Source of the DNA: Burkholderiales bacterium
GTDB lineage: Bacteria; Pseudomonadota; Gammaproteobacteria; Burkholderiales; JALYOK01
Assembly: GCA_046598945.1 (NCBI GenBank)
Contig: JBKJHT010000050.1
Coordinates: forward strand, 1,746-65,745
DNA length: 64,000 nucleotides
Direction: 5' to 3'
Both the position numbers and the translations under genes were made by a program. Position 1 is the first letter of the stretch. Every line of letters starts with the position of its first letter. The notes below the pieces were generated by a model. The model had not been told where the DNA came from. It worked only from the letters and a program-made list of their open reading frames with translations, and ran no database searches. This document shows positions 45,517 to 54,999 of the stretch, piece by piece.

Positions 45517-45987
45517 ATGGGACTATCTAACAAAAGCCGCGTGCAACGCATGGGCTGTGCGTTTATTTTGGCGACAATCGGGGTCGGGTTTTCGTTACAT
45601 TCCAGTGAAATTTCAGCAGACGAAGGGACTCGAACAATGAAAGTCATACGCATCTATACCGGGTCGGACAATCAGTCCCATTTCGAAGACGTGTTGGTGC
45701 CGATGAAGGACGCCGGCAAGATCGGCTTCATGTCGGAAATCACCCGGGCGACCGGCGTGGTATTTCGCGAAACCGGCGGCGACTACAACTATGATTTTCA
45801 CACCGCACCGCGACGGCAATACGTGGTTAATCTGGAGGGCGAAGTCGAAATCGAAGTCGGCGATGGAAGCAAACGCATTCTGCGTGCTGGCGATATTCTG
45901 TTGGCGGAGGATACCACCGGCCAAGGCCACATCAGCCGCGCCGTCGCCGGAAAACCGCGCAAATCGTTGTTCATCACACTGGATTAA
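45517..45987 (+). CDS. cupin-like small protein, possibly secreted
   Basis: A strong SD (GGGAGG) lies 7 nt before ATG 45517. The N-terminus MGLSNKSRVQRMGCAFILATIGVGFSLHSSEISA is signal-like. The C-terminal part (..YVVNLEGEVEIEVGDGSKRILRAGDILLAEDTTGQGH) is cupin-like. Confidence 0.5.
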   Translation: MGLSNKSRVQRMGCAFILATIGVGFSLHSSEISADEGTRTMKVIRIYTGSDNQSHFEDVLVPMKDAGKIGFMSEITRATGVVFRETGGDYNYDFHTAPRRQYVVNLEGEVEIEVGDGSKRILRAGDILLAEDTTGQGHISRAVAGKPRKSLFITLD

Positions 45988-46115
45988 TTTGCCGTCAAAT
46001 TTTGTTCATTTGACGACCAGGCGGTGCCGAGACTATAGTTTCAGTCAGCGAATAAAGGGGGGGTTAAATTCCTCACTCGCGGACAAGGCATTCAATTTAA
46101 ATCAGGGAGACTTAC

Positions 46116-46745
46116 ATGAAAATTTACGATTGGCACATTGCTCCGAACCCACGACGGCTGCACATTTACCTGGCCGAAAAAGGACTCCAAATTCCGCTCG
46201 AAGAAGTCGGCGGCGACGATCTAAAACTCAAACCGGCCTATGTCGCAAAGTATCCCCATGCCATGGTGCCCGTTTTAGAGTTGGACGATGGCACCCTAAT
46301 CGGTGAAGCCATGGCGATCTGCCGCTATTTCGAGGAACTTCATCCGGATCCGCCGCTGATGGGCACCGACCCCAAGGACAAGGCCATTGTCGAAATGTGG
46401 GAGAAACGCGCTAACGAAGAAGGCATGCTCGCCGCCTCCGAACTGTTTCGCAACACCCATCCGTCTTTCGCCGATCGCGGATTGCCCGGCTCGGCCGAAT
46501 CGATTCAGCAGCATCCGTATCTGGTCGAGCGCGCCAAAGCCCGCTTGGGTCGGTTCTATCGCAAGTTCGACGCGCAACTCGCCAACAATGAGTTCGTTGC
46601 CGGCAAGCGCTACACCATCGCCGATGCGACTACTCTGTGCGCCATCGATTTTGGCAAATGGACCGAACTCGACATACCGCCCGAATGCAAGCACCTGCGG
46701 CGCTGGTACGACGCCGTATCCGCGCGCCCGAGCGCTAAAGCGTAA
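46116..46745 (+). CDS. glutathione S-transferase
   Basis: 209 aa. N-terminal thioredoxin-like domain (..YPHAMVPVLELDDGTLIGEAMAICRYFEE) and helical C-domain. Confidence 0.9.
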   Translation: MKIYDWHIAPNPRRLHIYLAEKGLQIPLEEVGGDDLKLKPAYVAKYPHAMVPVLELDDGTLIGEAMAICRYFEELHPDPPLMGTDPKDKAIVEMWEKRANEEGMLAASELFRNTHPSFADRGLPGSAESIQQHPYLVERAKARLGRFYRKFDAQLANNEFVAGKRYTIADATTLCAIDFGKWTELDIPPECKHLRRWYDAVSARPSAKA

Positions 46746-46846
46746 TCGTTCGTGAGCGCCCGTGTTAAGCATGGGCGCTTCTTCAACCAGCAATTCGCTC
46801 CACTGCAAGCCTTCGCTGCTACGCTCACACCACACACGGGGATACC

Positions 46847-47281
46847 ATGGGCCCATTCCAACACATGCTTTGCGAAGTGATTCGTGCCGACGGGCAGGCA
46901 CACTCGGCGCGAACGGTGGAAATTTTCGGCTGGATCATGTTCGCTGAAGCAGCAGGATTGCTGTTCGCGCCGCATTTCGCCGCCGCGCTGCTACATCTGC
47001 CGCCGCTGAGCGACCAAGCCGCAAATTACCTGCGCCTGGTCGGGCTATTGGTCGGCGGTCTGGGCATGCTCTACATCGTCAGCGGCCGCCTCAACGCGCA
47101 AGGTTTCGTTTTCGCCACCTTGCTGGATCGGCCCCTGGTGCCGCCCATCATGGCGCTGCTGTGGTGGTTCGGAGTCATTCCCGGACCGCTGGCGATTCTA
47201 TTCGCGCTGTCCGACGGACTGAGTTCGCTGTGGACGTTCAGCGCATGGCGCCGGGAAAACGCGGGTGGTGCAGCGACGTAA
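46847..47281 (+). CDS. hypothetical integral membrane protein
   Basis: 144 aa with four hydrophobic segments. No family recognised. Confidence 0.45.
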   Translation: MGPFQHMLCEVIRADGQAHSARTVEIFGWIMFAEAAGLLFAPHFAAALLHLPPLSDQAANYLRLVGLLVGGLGMLYIVSGRLNAQGFVFATLLDRPLVPPIMALLWWFGVIPGPLAILFALSDGLSSLWTFSAWRRENAGGAAT

Positions 47282-47311
47282 CTAGCGCGACTGAACTATG
47301 TTTCAGCAAGC

Positions 47312-47495
47312 GTAGGGTGCATTCATGCACCGTTTTCGGGTCACTCATCTGAACCGACGGCATGCAGCCGCCACGGCTGACGCGAGCGGGAGTTAACCGT
47401 GAAGAAACTAAGTGGCGCCGGGTAGGTCAGCGCGACGGTAGTTTGGCATCGCGGCGCTTTACGGCGGATTAGTTCGGTGCATGAATGCACCCTAC
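47312..47495. repeat. 184-bp MITE-like element with perfect 21-bp terminal inverted repeats
   Basis: GTAGGGTGCATTCATGCACCG (47312-32) and CGGTGCATGAATGCACCCTAC (47475-95) are exact reverse complements. Lies between convergent genes. Confidence 0.75.
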
Positions 47496-47530
47496 AACTG
47501 ACCAAGCAGGAAGCCGCTCCTGGCGAGCAC

Positions 47531-48640
47531 TTATTTCTTCAACACACCACGGCGCATTTGATCCAACTCGATGCTCTCGAACAGCGCCTTGAAGTTGCCT
47601 TCGCCGAATCCTTGGTCGCCTTTGCGTTGGATGAACTCGAAGAAAATCGGACCCAACTGATTGGCGCTGAAAATCTGTAGCAGCAAGGCGCCCGGTTTGC
47701 CATCCAGCAGTATCTTGCGCGCGCGTATTGCGTCGACGTCCTCGCCGTGGCCGGGAATGCGCTTGTCGATGAGTTCGTAATAGGTATCGACCGTATCCAG
47801 AAGCTGCACACCACCGGCGCGTAAAGCATCGACCGTGCGCAACAGATCGCCGGAACCGAGCGCGATGTGTTGGATGCCCTCGCCCTTGTAGCGGTCCAGA
47901 TACTCGGTGATCTGTCCGGCGGTTTGCGTGCCCTCTTCGTTAATCGGGATACGAATCTTACCGCACGGGCTGGTCAGTGCCTTGCTCTTGACGCCGGTGA
48001 TCTGGCCCTCTATGTCGAAATAGCGTATCTCGCGGAAGTTGAATAAGCGCTCATAAAAATCCGCCCACTCGGCCATGCGCCCGCGATGCACGTTGTGAGT
48101 AAGGTGATCGATATACTGCAGGCCGTGCCCCAGCGGGTTTAACTCGGCGCCCGGCAAGGGCTCGAAATCGACGTCGAAGAACCCGATATTGCCGATGTCG
48201 CCATCGCGTGCATTTTTCTTGCCACGCCACCGATCGACCAAATAAATCAGCGAATCGCCGATGCCTTTGATCGCCGGAATGTTCAGCTCCCCCGGCCCGC
48301 TAGGGCCGGCATAGCCCCAGGCGCCGAGCGACAACGCGCGTTCATAGGCGAGCTTGGTATCTTGCACGCGAAAGGCGATGGCGCACACGGAAGGCCCGTG
48401 CAGCCGGGCGAAACGTTGCGCGAAGGAATCGAGTTCGGCGTTCAGAATAAAATTGATTTCGCCTTGGCGATAAAGCGTGACGTTTTTATGGCGATGCTTT
48501 GCGATGGCCTTGAAACCCATGCGCTCGAATACTGCCGCCATCGCCGCCGGATCGGGCGCGGCGTATTCGATGAATTCGAAACCATCGGTTCCCATGGGAT
48601 TTTCGGCACGGGGCGTGGGCATGGTTGGCAGTGGAAGCAT
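47531..48640 (-). CDS. hppD: 4-hydroxyphenylpyruvate dioxygenase
   Basis: 369 aa. GTDGFEFIEYAAPDP..., IQHIALGS, C-terminal FFEFIQRKGDQGFGEGNFKALFESIELDQMRRG. Confidence 0.95.
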   Translation of the reverse strand: MLPLPTMPTPRAENPMGTDGFEFIEYAAPDPAAMAAVFERMGFKAIAKHRHKNVTLYRQGEINFILNAELDSFAQRFARLHGPSVCAIAFRVQDTKLAYERALSLGAWGYAGPSGPGELNIPAIKGIGDSLIYLVDRWRGKKNARDGDIGNIGFFDVDFEPLPGAELNPLGHGLQYIDHLTHNVHRGRMAEWADFYERLFNFREIRYFDIEGQITGVKSKALTSPCGKIRIPINEEGTQTAGQITEYLDRYKGEGIQHIALGSGDLLRTVDALRAGGVQLLDTVDTYYELIDKRIPGHGEDVDAIRARKILLDGKPGALLLQIFSANQLGPIFFEFIQRKGDQGFGEGNFKALFESIELDQMRRGVLKK

Positions 48641-48776
48641 CGTCCGGTAAAAGAGTGGGTGGCGAGAAAATTGAAGCGTACCGCAAGGCCATAAAAATTT
48701 CTACGGAATCGTGGAACGCCGAGTCGCGCAAAACTAGGCATCGCCAGGAACCGCTCTGGGTTTGCCTTCCGGCCAT

Positions 48777-48839
48777 GGCATTGCCAGAAACCAATGGCCC
48801 TAGGCCACCCCGGCAGGGCGCGGCGTTTCAGGCAATGCC
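48777..48839. repeat. REP hairpin (15-bp arms) enclosing the GGCCCTAGGCCACCCC core
   Basis: GGCATTGCCAGAAAC (48777-91) and GTTTCAGGCAATGCC (48825-39), 14/15 complementary. Core at 48796-48810. Confidence 0.65.
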
Positions 48840-49228
48840 CGTCCGAAACGCAGCAATGGCTCGCCCACGTCTACCCAGTCTGGGTTTCCGCCTTCGCGGG
48901 AACGACAATCGGGATGGCGTGGCGCCTCCCTGAACATCGATGCGTTTACGATGCAAACCCGACGAAATACTACACTAGCTGGAAAAGGTCTTGGTGCCGG
49001 AACCGGAATCGAAAAACACGACGCGCACCTGATGGATACTATATGTACAGGTTATCCATTTCAGGTGTTACTGCATAAGTTACTGCATTCCGCTCCCGCT
49101 ACTATTTCAGTTCCTTTCGGAAAGGTTGAGGTTTAACAGGTGCGGCGGGAATGACCCCAGCGGGTATTTTTCAGGATCATTAGAAATTGATTCAGCGTTC
49201 GCAAGTACGCTACGGGCAAGCTGGACAG

Positions 49229-49287
49229 GACACGCGTGTGTCGAGTGGAAACTCGCCCTTCCGCGGGGTTCTTAGGGCCGTTGATCA
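49229..49287. repeat. ~57-nt repeat just downstream of the IS91 transposase 3' end (candidate IS91-family end); second copy at 30988-31044
   Basis: See 30988-31044. Followed by a small hairpin, AGCC-gaagg-GGCT. Confidence 0.55.
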
Positions 49288-49384
49288 GCCGAAGGGGGCT
49301 GATTTCGCGGCGCTTTGGCCGTTCGGGCGAGCGCCGGGCGAGCGCGATCCTCGGCGCTGTTACCGAAACGGTGCCGGTTAGGAC

Positions 49385-50465
49385 TCAGGCCGCTTGAAAC
49401 AGATCGACGCGACGCGCGGGCGAGCGTGGCGGCGCCCGGGTAGGTAAACCGAGATGGGCGAGGAGTCGCGCAATCACCGACGGCTCAACGATGGCGGCGA
49501 TGATCTTCAAGCTGCCGCCACACTGCGGGCAGTGTTCGAGATCGATATCGAAGACGCGCTTGAGCAGGCGCGCCCAACTCAGGCGCGCCGGCGAGGCAAG
49601 CGCGTGGACGTGATCGGCCGGCTGCCCGGATGCGTTCTCTGCGGGGGACGGAGGAACGAGCGCGGCAAGGCGTTGCTTGAATTCGAGCGGCGACATGACG
49701 ATGTGAGTCGTCCCGTCCTTGTAGGCGTTCTTCAATTGCAACACCACTTGGCCGGCGCGGTTGAGCTTGAGCTGTTCGTTGGCAATCGCCCGGCGGGTGA
49801 TGGTGCGGCATAGGTGTTCGAGTGCCTTGCGCTGATTGGCGCCGCAGCGCACCGCCGCGTGCAGGCTAATGCCGTGCGCGTTGGCGCACGGGGTTTGGCC
49901 GGATGGCGCTGCTCGGCTAGGCACGCTTTGCAAGCTGAGCACTTTCTGTCCTGCGCGCGGCCCCAGTGCGATGCGGTAGGCTGAGCCCGGACACCAACAG
50001 TCCAGTGCTGTTCGTGCCTGGCGAAGGGTCGGGCCACTGGCCCGGCGCGGCCTGCAAGGCCAGGAGGCCGCTTGCAGAGGCGTGAGTGCGTGATCGGCCT
50101 CGATCTCCCCCCAGGTAGGTCATCCTTTGTTCTTCGATAAGATGACCTTGGCGGTCAACCCCTTCAGGATGCGCGTGATGATCTTCGCCAGCAGCCTGCA
50201 GCTCATCGCCAATGGGTGCACGCGCTTCATGAAACACCGGGGCGCCTTCGCTGCTGCGATAGACGCCGTCAAGCACCAAGCAGTGGAGATGAATGTTCAG
50301 ATTGGCAGCGGTGCCAAAGCGCTGGATCAAGGTGACCGCACCGGTGTCGGCTTCGCCGTGTTTAAGTCCCGCTTGGTTATCGGCGGTGTTGCCTAGTAGG
50401 TTCGCCGCCGCTGTTTTTTCCGCCATCGCGAGGCTTTCCAAAGGGGATTGCACGGCTTGCAACAT
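49385..50465 (-). pseudogene. IS91-family (Y2/rolling-circle) transposase remnant, frameshifted and 5'-truncated
   Basis: ORF 49917-50465 has ..GAVTLIQRFGTAANLNIHLHCLVLDGVY.. ORF 49385-49942, in another frame, has ..GISLHAAVRCGANQRKALEHLCRTITRRAIANEQL...HCPQCGGSLKIIAAIVEPSVIARLLAHLGLPTRAPP. The N-terminal Zn-binding region is absent. Confidence 0.8.
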
Positions 50466-50862
50466 AATATTTTTTGCGCTTAACTATTAAGGGATACCGA
50501 GCATTACAGATACTTTCGTTGGGTACGTACAAATAGCAACTACGGCTACGGCTGTGCCTGTATGAGGGTGTTCACCGACCCGAAGCAGTTCTATGTTACC
50601 AAGATATTTTCAAGCTCGGCGCGCAAGTCGAAAGTCTGTAGGAAGGATCGCGTGCTGAAGGAACCTAAACCCGATTGACGAGAGCCTAATGTAGCAAGTA
50701 CTGCCGGCAGCGGTACTTCGCCGGTTAACTCATGCCGTGAATTCCTAAACCAAGTTAGGCGACGTGAAACCGATTGAGGAAATCGGTAATCGACAAAATT
50801 CGAGTACGTCTGAAAATGGCGCTTATGGCAAGCAAATTTAAATTGCCGAACTAAGTCCCGCG

Positions 50863-51240
50863 TCATTTCGGATAGAGCTGACGATTTCGATCGCGAAGAA
50901 ACTCGACAATTTTCCAAATTTCGTCGGGTTGGAGTTGATCGGAAAAGGGCGCCATAACCGTACCGCGCCGACCTTTGGAAATGGTATTGAAGATCATCGA
51001 ATCGGTTGGTTGGAAAATCCACTCGTCATCGGTGAGACTCGGTCCTACGGCGCCTTCCGCCTCGTGGCCGTGGCATGAGTAACATCCTGTCTTGAGAAAA
51101 AGTTTTTTACCTTCGGTGGCTGCTGCGGCGTCACCTGCGTAGGGATTCACCCGCTCGTCTTCAGCTAAAGCAGCATTCAGCGTCAATCCCATCAGCAATA
51201 GCGGAATGGCGCGGTGAAAAAATTTCGATCGGTTGATCAT
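50863..51240 (-). CDS. class I c-type cytochrome downstream of the second PQQ dehydrogenase
   Basis: Start at MINRSKFFHRAIPLLLMGLTLNAALA (ATG 51240). Single CYSCH. Distal Met in GTVMAPF. Confidence 0.8.
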   Translation of the reverse strand: MINRSKFFHRAIPLLLMGLTLNAALAEDERVNPYAGDAAAATEGKKLFLKTGCYSCHGHEAEGAVGPSLTDDEWIFQPTDSMIFNTISKGRRGTVMAPFSDQLQPDEIWKIVEFLRDRNRQLYPK

Positions 51241-51261
51241 GCTTTTTTCTTCGAGGTTAGA

Positions 51262-51287
51262 GGAAGCGGCCGTCAGCGGCCGCTTCC
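51262..51287. promoter_or_regulatory. perfect 11-bp GC-rich hairpin between the PQQ dehydrogenase and cytochrome c genes
   Basis: GGAAGCGGCCG-tcag-CGGCCGCTTCC. No adjacent U-tract on the coding (minus) strand. Confidence 0.5.
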
Positions 51288-51303
51288 TTGTTAACACAGT
51301 TTT

Positions 51304-52983
51304 TTAATCTTCAAACAAACCAAACACCGTGACATAGCCACCCTTGCGGCTATCTTTAAGTTGCGGTGCGCCACCACCACCGATAGTTGCCCATCCGGTC
51401 CAGCCACCGTATCCAGACGGTACCGCGATGTATTGTTTACCACCGATCGAGTAGCTTACCGGGCTGCCAACAATTCCTGAGCCGGTTTGATAGGACCACA
51501 TTTCCTTGCCAGTATCCTGGTCGAAGGCCTTGAACTCACCCTCGGGGGTGCCGGCGAATACCAGACCACCACTGGTGGTCAGTACGCCGCTCATGAAGGG
51601 CGATGGTGCTTTGACAGTCCATTTCTTTTCACCGCTCTTGGCATCGAACGCCACTAACTGGCCATGTCCTTTGTTCCATTTGATGCTGCCAATCCCCCAA
51701 TGGGGTTTGCCCTCCGTGCGCTCGCCTTTGGCACTTTTGATATCGGTACAAATCTCGCGACTTGGAACGAATACCATTTGTTTGTCGGGACTATAGGCCA
51801 TGGGGTTCCACCACTTGCCACCTTCGGAAGCGGGGCAGATGTCCTTGGCTTCATATTCATAGGTCGGCACTTTTTCCTTGTTGACGATTGGGCGACCTTC
51901 CGGTGTAAACCCGGTCATCCAATTGACCTTGGAAATTTCCTTACCATAAACGAATTTTCCGTTGGTGCGATCAATGCTGTAAAGAAAGCCATTGCGATCG
52001 CCGTGCAGCCAAACTTTGCGGTCGCCAAGATCGGCAAGAATGTGCTCGTTTACGCCATCGAAATCCCAAACATCGAACGGCGTGTATTGGAAGTGGAACT
52101 TGATCGCGCCGGTATCCGCATCCAAAGCTAACGTTGAGTTGGAATAGAGGTTATCTCCCTCGCGCCCGACACCGTCCCAATCGGGGTTGGGATTACCGGT
52201 ACCCCAGTAGACAATATTCAGGGCCGGATCATACGAGCCTGTGATCCAGGCCGATGCGCCGCCGAACTTGAGGTTGTCGGGATCTTTTCCCCACGTATCG
52301 GAACCCGGTTCACCCGGGGCGGGAATCGTATAACGGCGCCACACTTGTTTGCCGGTCTCGGTATCGAGGGCTTCGATGAACAACCGAGTCGGATACTCCG
52401 CACCCGACATGCCGACGATGACTTTGCCCTTCACGACCAGCGGCGCCACGGTCATGGTATAGGCTTTTTTGGGATCGCCAAGGTTGACATCCCATACCTT
52501 CTTACCGGTTTTCATTTCCAGCGCGACTACGTGCGCATCAGGCGTTGCAACAAACACCTTGTCGCCGTATAAAGAAGCGCCGCGATTGCCGATGTCACAG
52601 CACATCAACTTGCCCACGTCTTCCGGCAGCGGATGGTTGTACTGCCAAATCATACCGCCCGTCTTTGCATCGACGGCGAACGTGCGCGCATGAGAGGAAG
52701 TGACGTACATCACGCCGTCATGAATCAGCGGTGTGGTGTTTTGTGCGTCCAACACACCGAAGGAAAACGTCCATTTCGGGACTAGGCGCTTGACGTTTGA
52801 ACCATTTATTTGCTTGAGCGGACTGTGGCGCGTGCTCATATAGTCGCGCCCAACCATGCGCCAATTATCGGTATCTTTGTGGGCGTTTAACAGCATGTCG
52901 TCGGTGACGCCTTGGCCCAGTGTTTGATTGGCTACCAGCAATGGCACCAATAGCGCGCCCAAAGTTAAAATCCGAGTAATCAT
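51304..52983 (-). CDS. PQQ-dependent dehydrogenase, methanol/ethanol family
   Basis: 559 aa. Signal peptide. Canonical vicinal pair in LMCCDIGNRG. GTGNPNPDWDG. FDVWDFDG. Propeller W-motifs. Confidence 0.9.
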   Translation of the reverse strand: MITRILTLGALLVPLLVANQTLGQGVTDDMLLNAHKDTDNWRMVGRDYMSTRHSPLKQINGSNVKRLVPKWTFSFGVLDAQNTTPLIHDGVMYVTSSHARTFAVDAKTGGMIWQYNHPLPEDVGKLMCCDIGNRGASLYGDKVFVATPDAHVVALEMKTGKKVWDVNLGDPKKAYTMTVAPLVVKGKVIVGMSGAEYPTRLFIEALDTETGKQVWRRYTIPAPGEPGSDTWGKDPDNLKFGGASAWITGSYDPALNIVYWGTGNPNPDWDGVGREGDNLYSNSTLALDADTGAIKFHFQYTPFDVWDFDGVNEHILADLGDRKVWLHGDRNGFLYSIDRTNGKFVYGKEISKVNWMTGFTPEGRPIVNKEKVPTYEYEAKDICPASEGGKWWNPMAYSPDKQMVFVPSREICTDIKSAKGERTEGKPHWGIGSIKWNKGHGQLVAFDAKSGEKKWTVKAPSPFMSGVLTTSGGLVFAGTPEGEFKAFDQDTGKEMWSYQTGSGIVGSPVSYSIGGKQYIAVPSGYGGWTGWATIGGGGAPQLKDSRKGGYVTVFGLFED

Positions 52984-53447
52984 ATCCTATTCTCCTAGCG
53001 AAAAAACTTCGATTGAAAATAACGACGCAAGAACAGCTTCGTTAGAACTTCGTAGGGATTCGAATGCCCCGTTTGGTCCCGTGTTAAGGTACTACTGGAT
53101 AGGTGGCCAGTCAAATACCAAAAGCGCAAGCGCCGCGCCGGGCTACTGCAGTGGTATCGGACAGAGCGCCGTTGCACATCCCCAAACGCGCCCACGCGCT
53201 CACCATCATTGGTATAGAACGAGGCGGCTGTCTATGCATCTCCCTTATTCCATGCTTCGCTGAAGGCTTCGGTTTCGCTGAAAATTGCCTGTTCATCATT
53301 CGAGTTCAATTTGCTCCTTTCGCGAACGATACTGCACAATTCAAAGATACTGACAGATAATTTGCCGCCTCACACAATAGCGACGAGCGGGCTAACGTCC
53401 GGCGTCCGGCGCGCGCCGCTCTTGGCGCGTCGCTCGGCACGCCGTTG

Positions 53448-54407
53448 TTAGGTCGCAGCGCGAAAAAGCGGCGAGCAAGCTTCAGCGATCTGTTCCACAT
53501 GGCGGTGGTCCGTGCCACAACACCCACCCATCACATTCAGGCGCGGGAGCCGTGTCTTGAGACGGGCGTACTGCAATCCCAGTTCGACGGGGTTCCCAAC
53601 ATCGAGCTCGGGGGACTCGTTCAACTCTGCGTGACTCTTGCGCGAAGCGTTCGCTCGGAGGCCCCGAATCCGATCCAACCAAAACCCGCCTTCAGCCAGC
53701 ACGCGCTCGAAATGCGTAGGATGGGCGCAGTTGATCATGTAATAGCATGGATAACCTGACGTCGCGTCGTCAACTTGCTCGATCGCTGCCTTTAGGGTCT
53801 GGCCGGTCGGGAGATTGCCGTCGGTCTCGACGGTAAAGGAAATGGCAACTGGTATGTCCGCACGCAGAGCGGCTCGAGCAATCCCAAGGGACTCCTCCAC
53901 GTAGTTCATGGTAATGGCACATACCATATCCGCGGCGGAACCAGCGAGGGTTTCGACTTGGTCTCGATGATAGGCCGCCGCTTCGTGCTCCGACATCGCA
54001 CGATCAGGAACATAGCCGTCTCCGCGAGGGCCGAGGCATCCGCTGATGACCACTGGAGTCCGTTCGGTTTCGTATTCATTTCGAACCTCCTCGAGCAGGT
54101 GGATCGCTCTACGGTTTGCATCCGCCAGCACCTCGGGCGTGTAGCCGAGCCGTGTTCCCCAGTCCGCGTTGGCCCGCCAGGTCGCGCTTTCGAGAATAAG
54201 GCCGCTGCCGAACTGCTTCGCGATCTCCGCATATGTATGAAAGTACTCGCGGAGGGCCGCTTCGCCCTCGTGCGTCTTAAACAGGTGGAATGCAGCGAAG
54301 TCCGGGAGATCCAATCCTTCATGGAAAATCAAGGTAGTTTCGATGCCGCCGTCGGTGAGGTAAAGACCGCCACCGAGTTGCGGTAGTATATTGCGGTATT
54401 TCGCCAT
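53448..54407 (-). CDS. homocysteine S-methyltransferase family protein
   Basis: 319 aa. LTDGGIETTLIF, GCLGPRGDGY, INCAHP, GGCCGTDHRHV (Zn-binding Cys triad pattern). Confidence 0.85.
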   Translation of the reverse strand: MAKYRNILPQLGGGLYLTDGGIETTLIFHEGLDLPDFAAFHLFKTHEGEAALREYFHTYAEIAKQFGSGLILESATWRANADWGTRLGYTPEVLADANRRAIHLLEEVRNEYETERTPVVISGCLGPRGDGYVPDRAMSEHEAAAYHRDQVETLAGSAADMVCAITMNYVEESLGIARAALRADIPVAISFTVETDGNLPTGQTLKAAIEQVDDATSGYPCYYMINCAHPTHFERVLAEGGFWLDRIRGLRANASRKSHAELNESPELDVGNPVELGLQYARLKTRLPRLNVMGGCCGTDHRHVEQIAEACSPLFRAAT

Positions 54408-54503
54408 AGTTTGGTCTCCTGTCGCGATCTGCCTTCGCGACCTAACGTAAAATTGAGGGGCAGCCCGCTTCTGGGCTGTCCCGCTCGAATGCAGGGTTGG
54501 GCA

Positions 54504-54908
54504 TCACTTCAATGTGGCCTGGCACTCGGCAGAGGAGCGGTAAATATTCCCAGTTTTTGGGGAAATGTATACCCCGTAATTACTATCGTAGTTTCTGGGG
54601 TGAGCACGTCCCGGAACAACGGACACACAGCCAAAATACAAAACCGCGTACAACTCGTTATTGATGTTTGAGTTGTGAAAGCCGACTACCGTGTCTGAAC
54701 CGCCGACATCCTTGATGCCTATTTGAAGCACATTTCCAAATTGATATGTGCAATAGCGCCCGTTGTTTGGGATCTCTTCACACTTTGTGGCTGCAATCGC
54801 TCGTTGAAACAAGCGATCTTGAAGCGATTTCTGAGCGAAGGCTGGCGCTGAGCCAAGCAATAAAGCAAGTGTGGGGATAAGAGCATAAAGCGGGAATTTG
54901 ATGTTCAT
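54504..54908 (-). CDS. small secreted four-Cys protein of unknown function
   Basis: A start at MNIKFPLYALIPTLALLLGSAPAFA (ATG 54908) gives a clean Sec signal. The track ORF extends to 55037 through an R/S-rich, unlikely N-terminus. No family recognised. Confidence 0.55.
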   Translation of the reverse strand: MNIKFPLYALIPTLALLLGSAPAFAQKSLQDRLFQRAIAATKCEEIPNNGRYCTYQFGNVLQIGIKDVGGSDTVVGFHNSNINNELYAVLYFGCVSVVPGRAHPRNYDSNYGVYISPKTGNIYRSSAECQATLK

Positions 54909-54999
54909 ATGTGATGCCCAACGTAGAAGTAACCGGCCTGCGCGGCTTTTTGCGCAGGTCCGGTTGACGGCCGGGCTGGGGGTGCGCCCAGTGAGCTTT

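Noticed and set aside
50466-50862. AT-richer 400-nt non-coding stretch between the IS91 remnant and the cytochrome c gene, checked for group II intron or retron-like ncRNA features
   Set aside because: No GUGYG 5' end, no domain V-like hairpin and no reverse transcriptase gene anywhere in the window. Track ORF 50591-51022 is not protein-like and overlaps the cytochrome c gene.
53232-53309. PqqA precursor peptide upstream of a PQQ dehydrogenase
   Set aside because: The peptide lacks the conserved Glu-x3-Tyr motif of PqqA, and no pqqBCDE genes follow. It is kept only as a low-confidence small-ORF finding.
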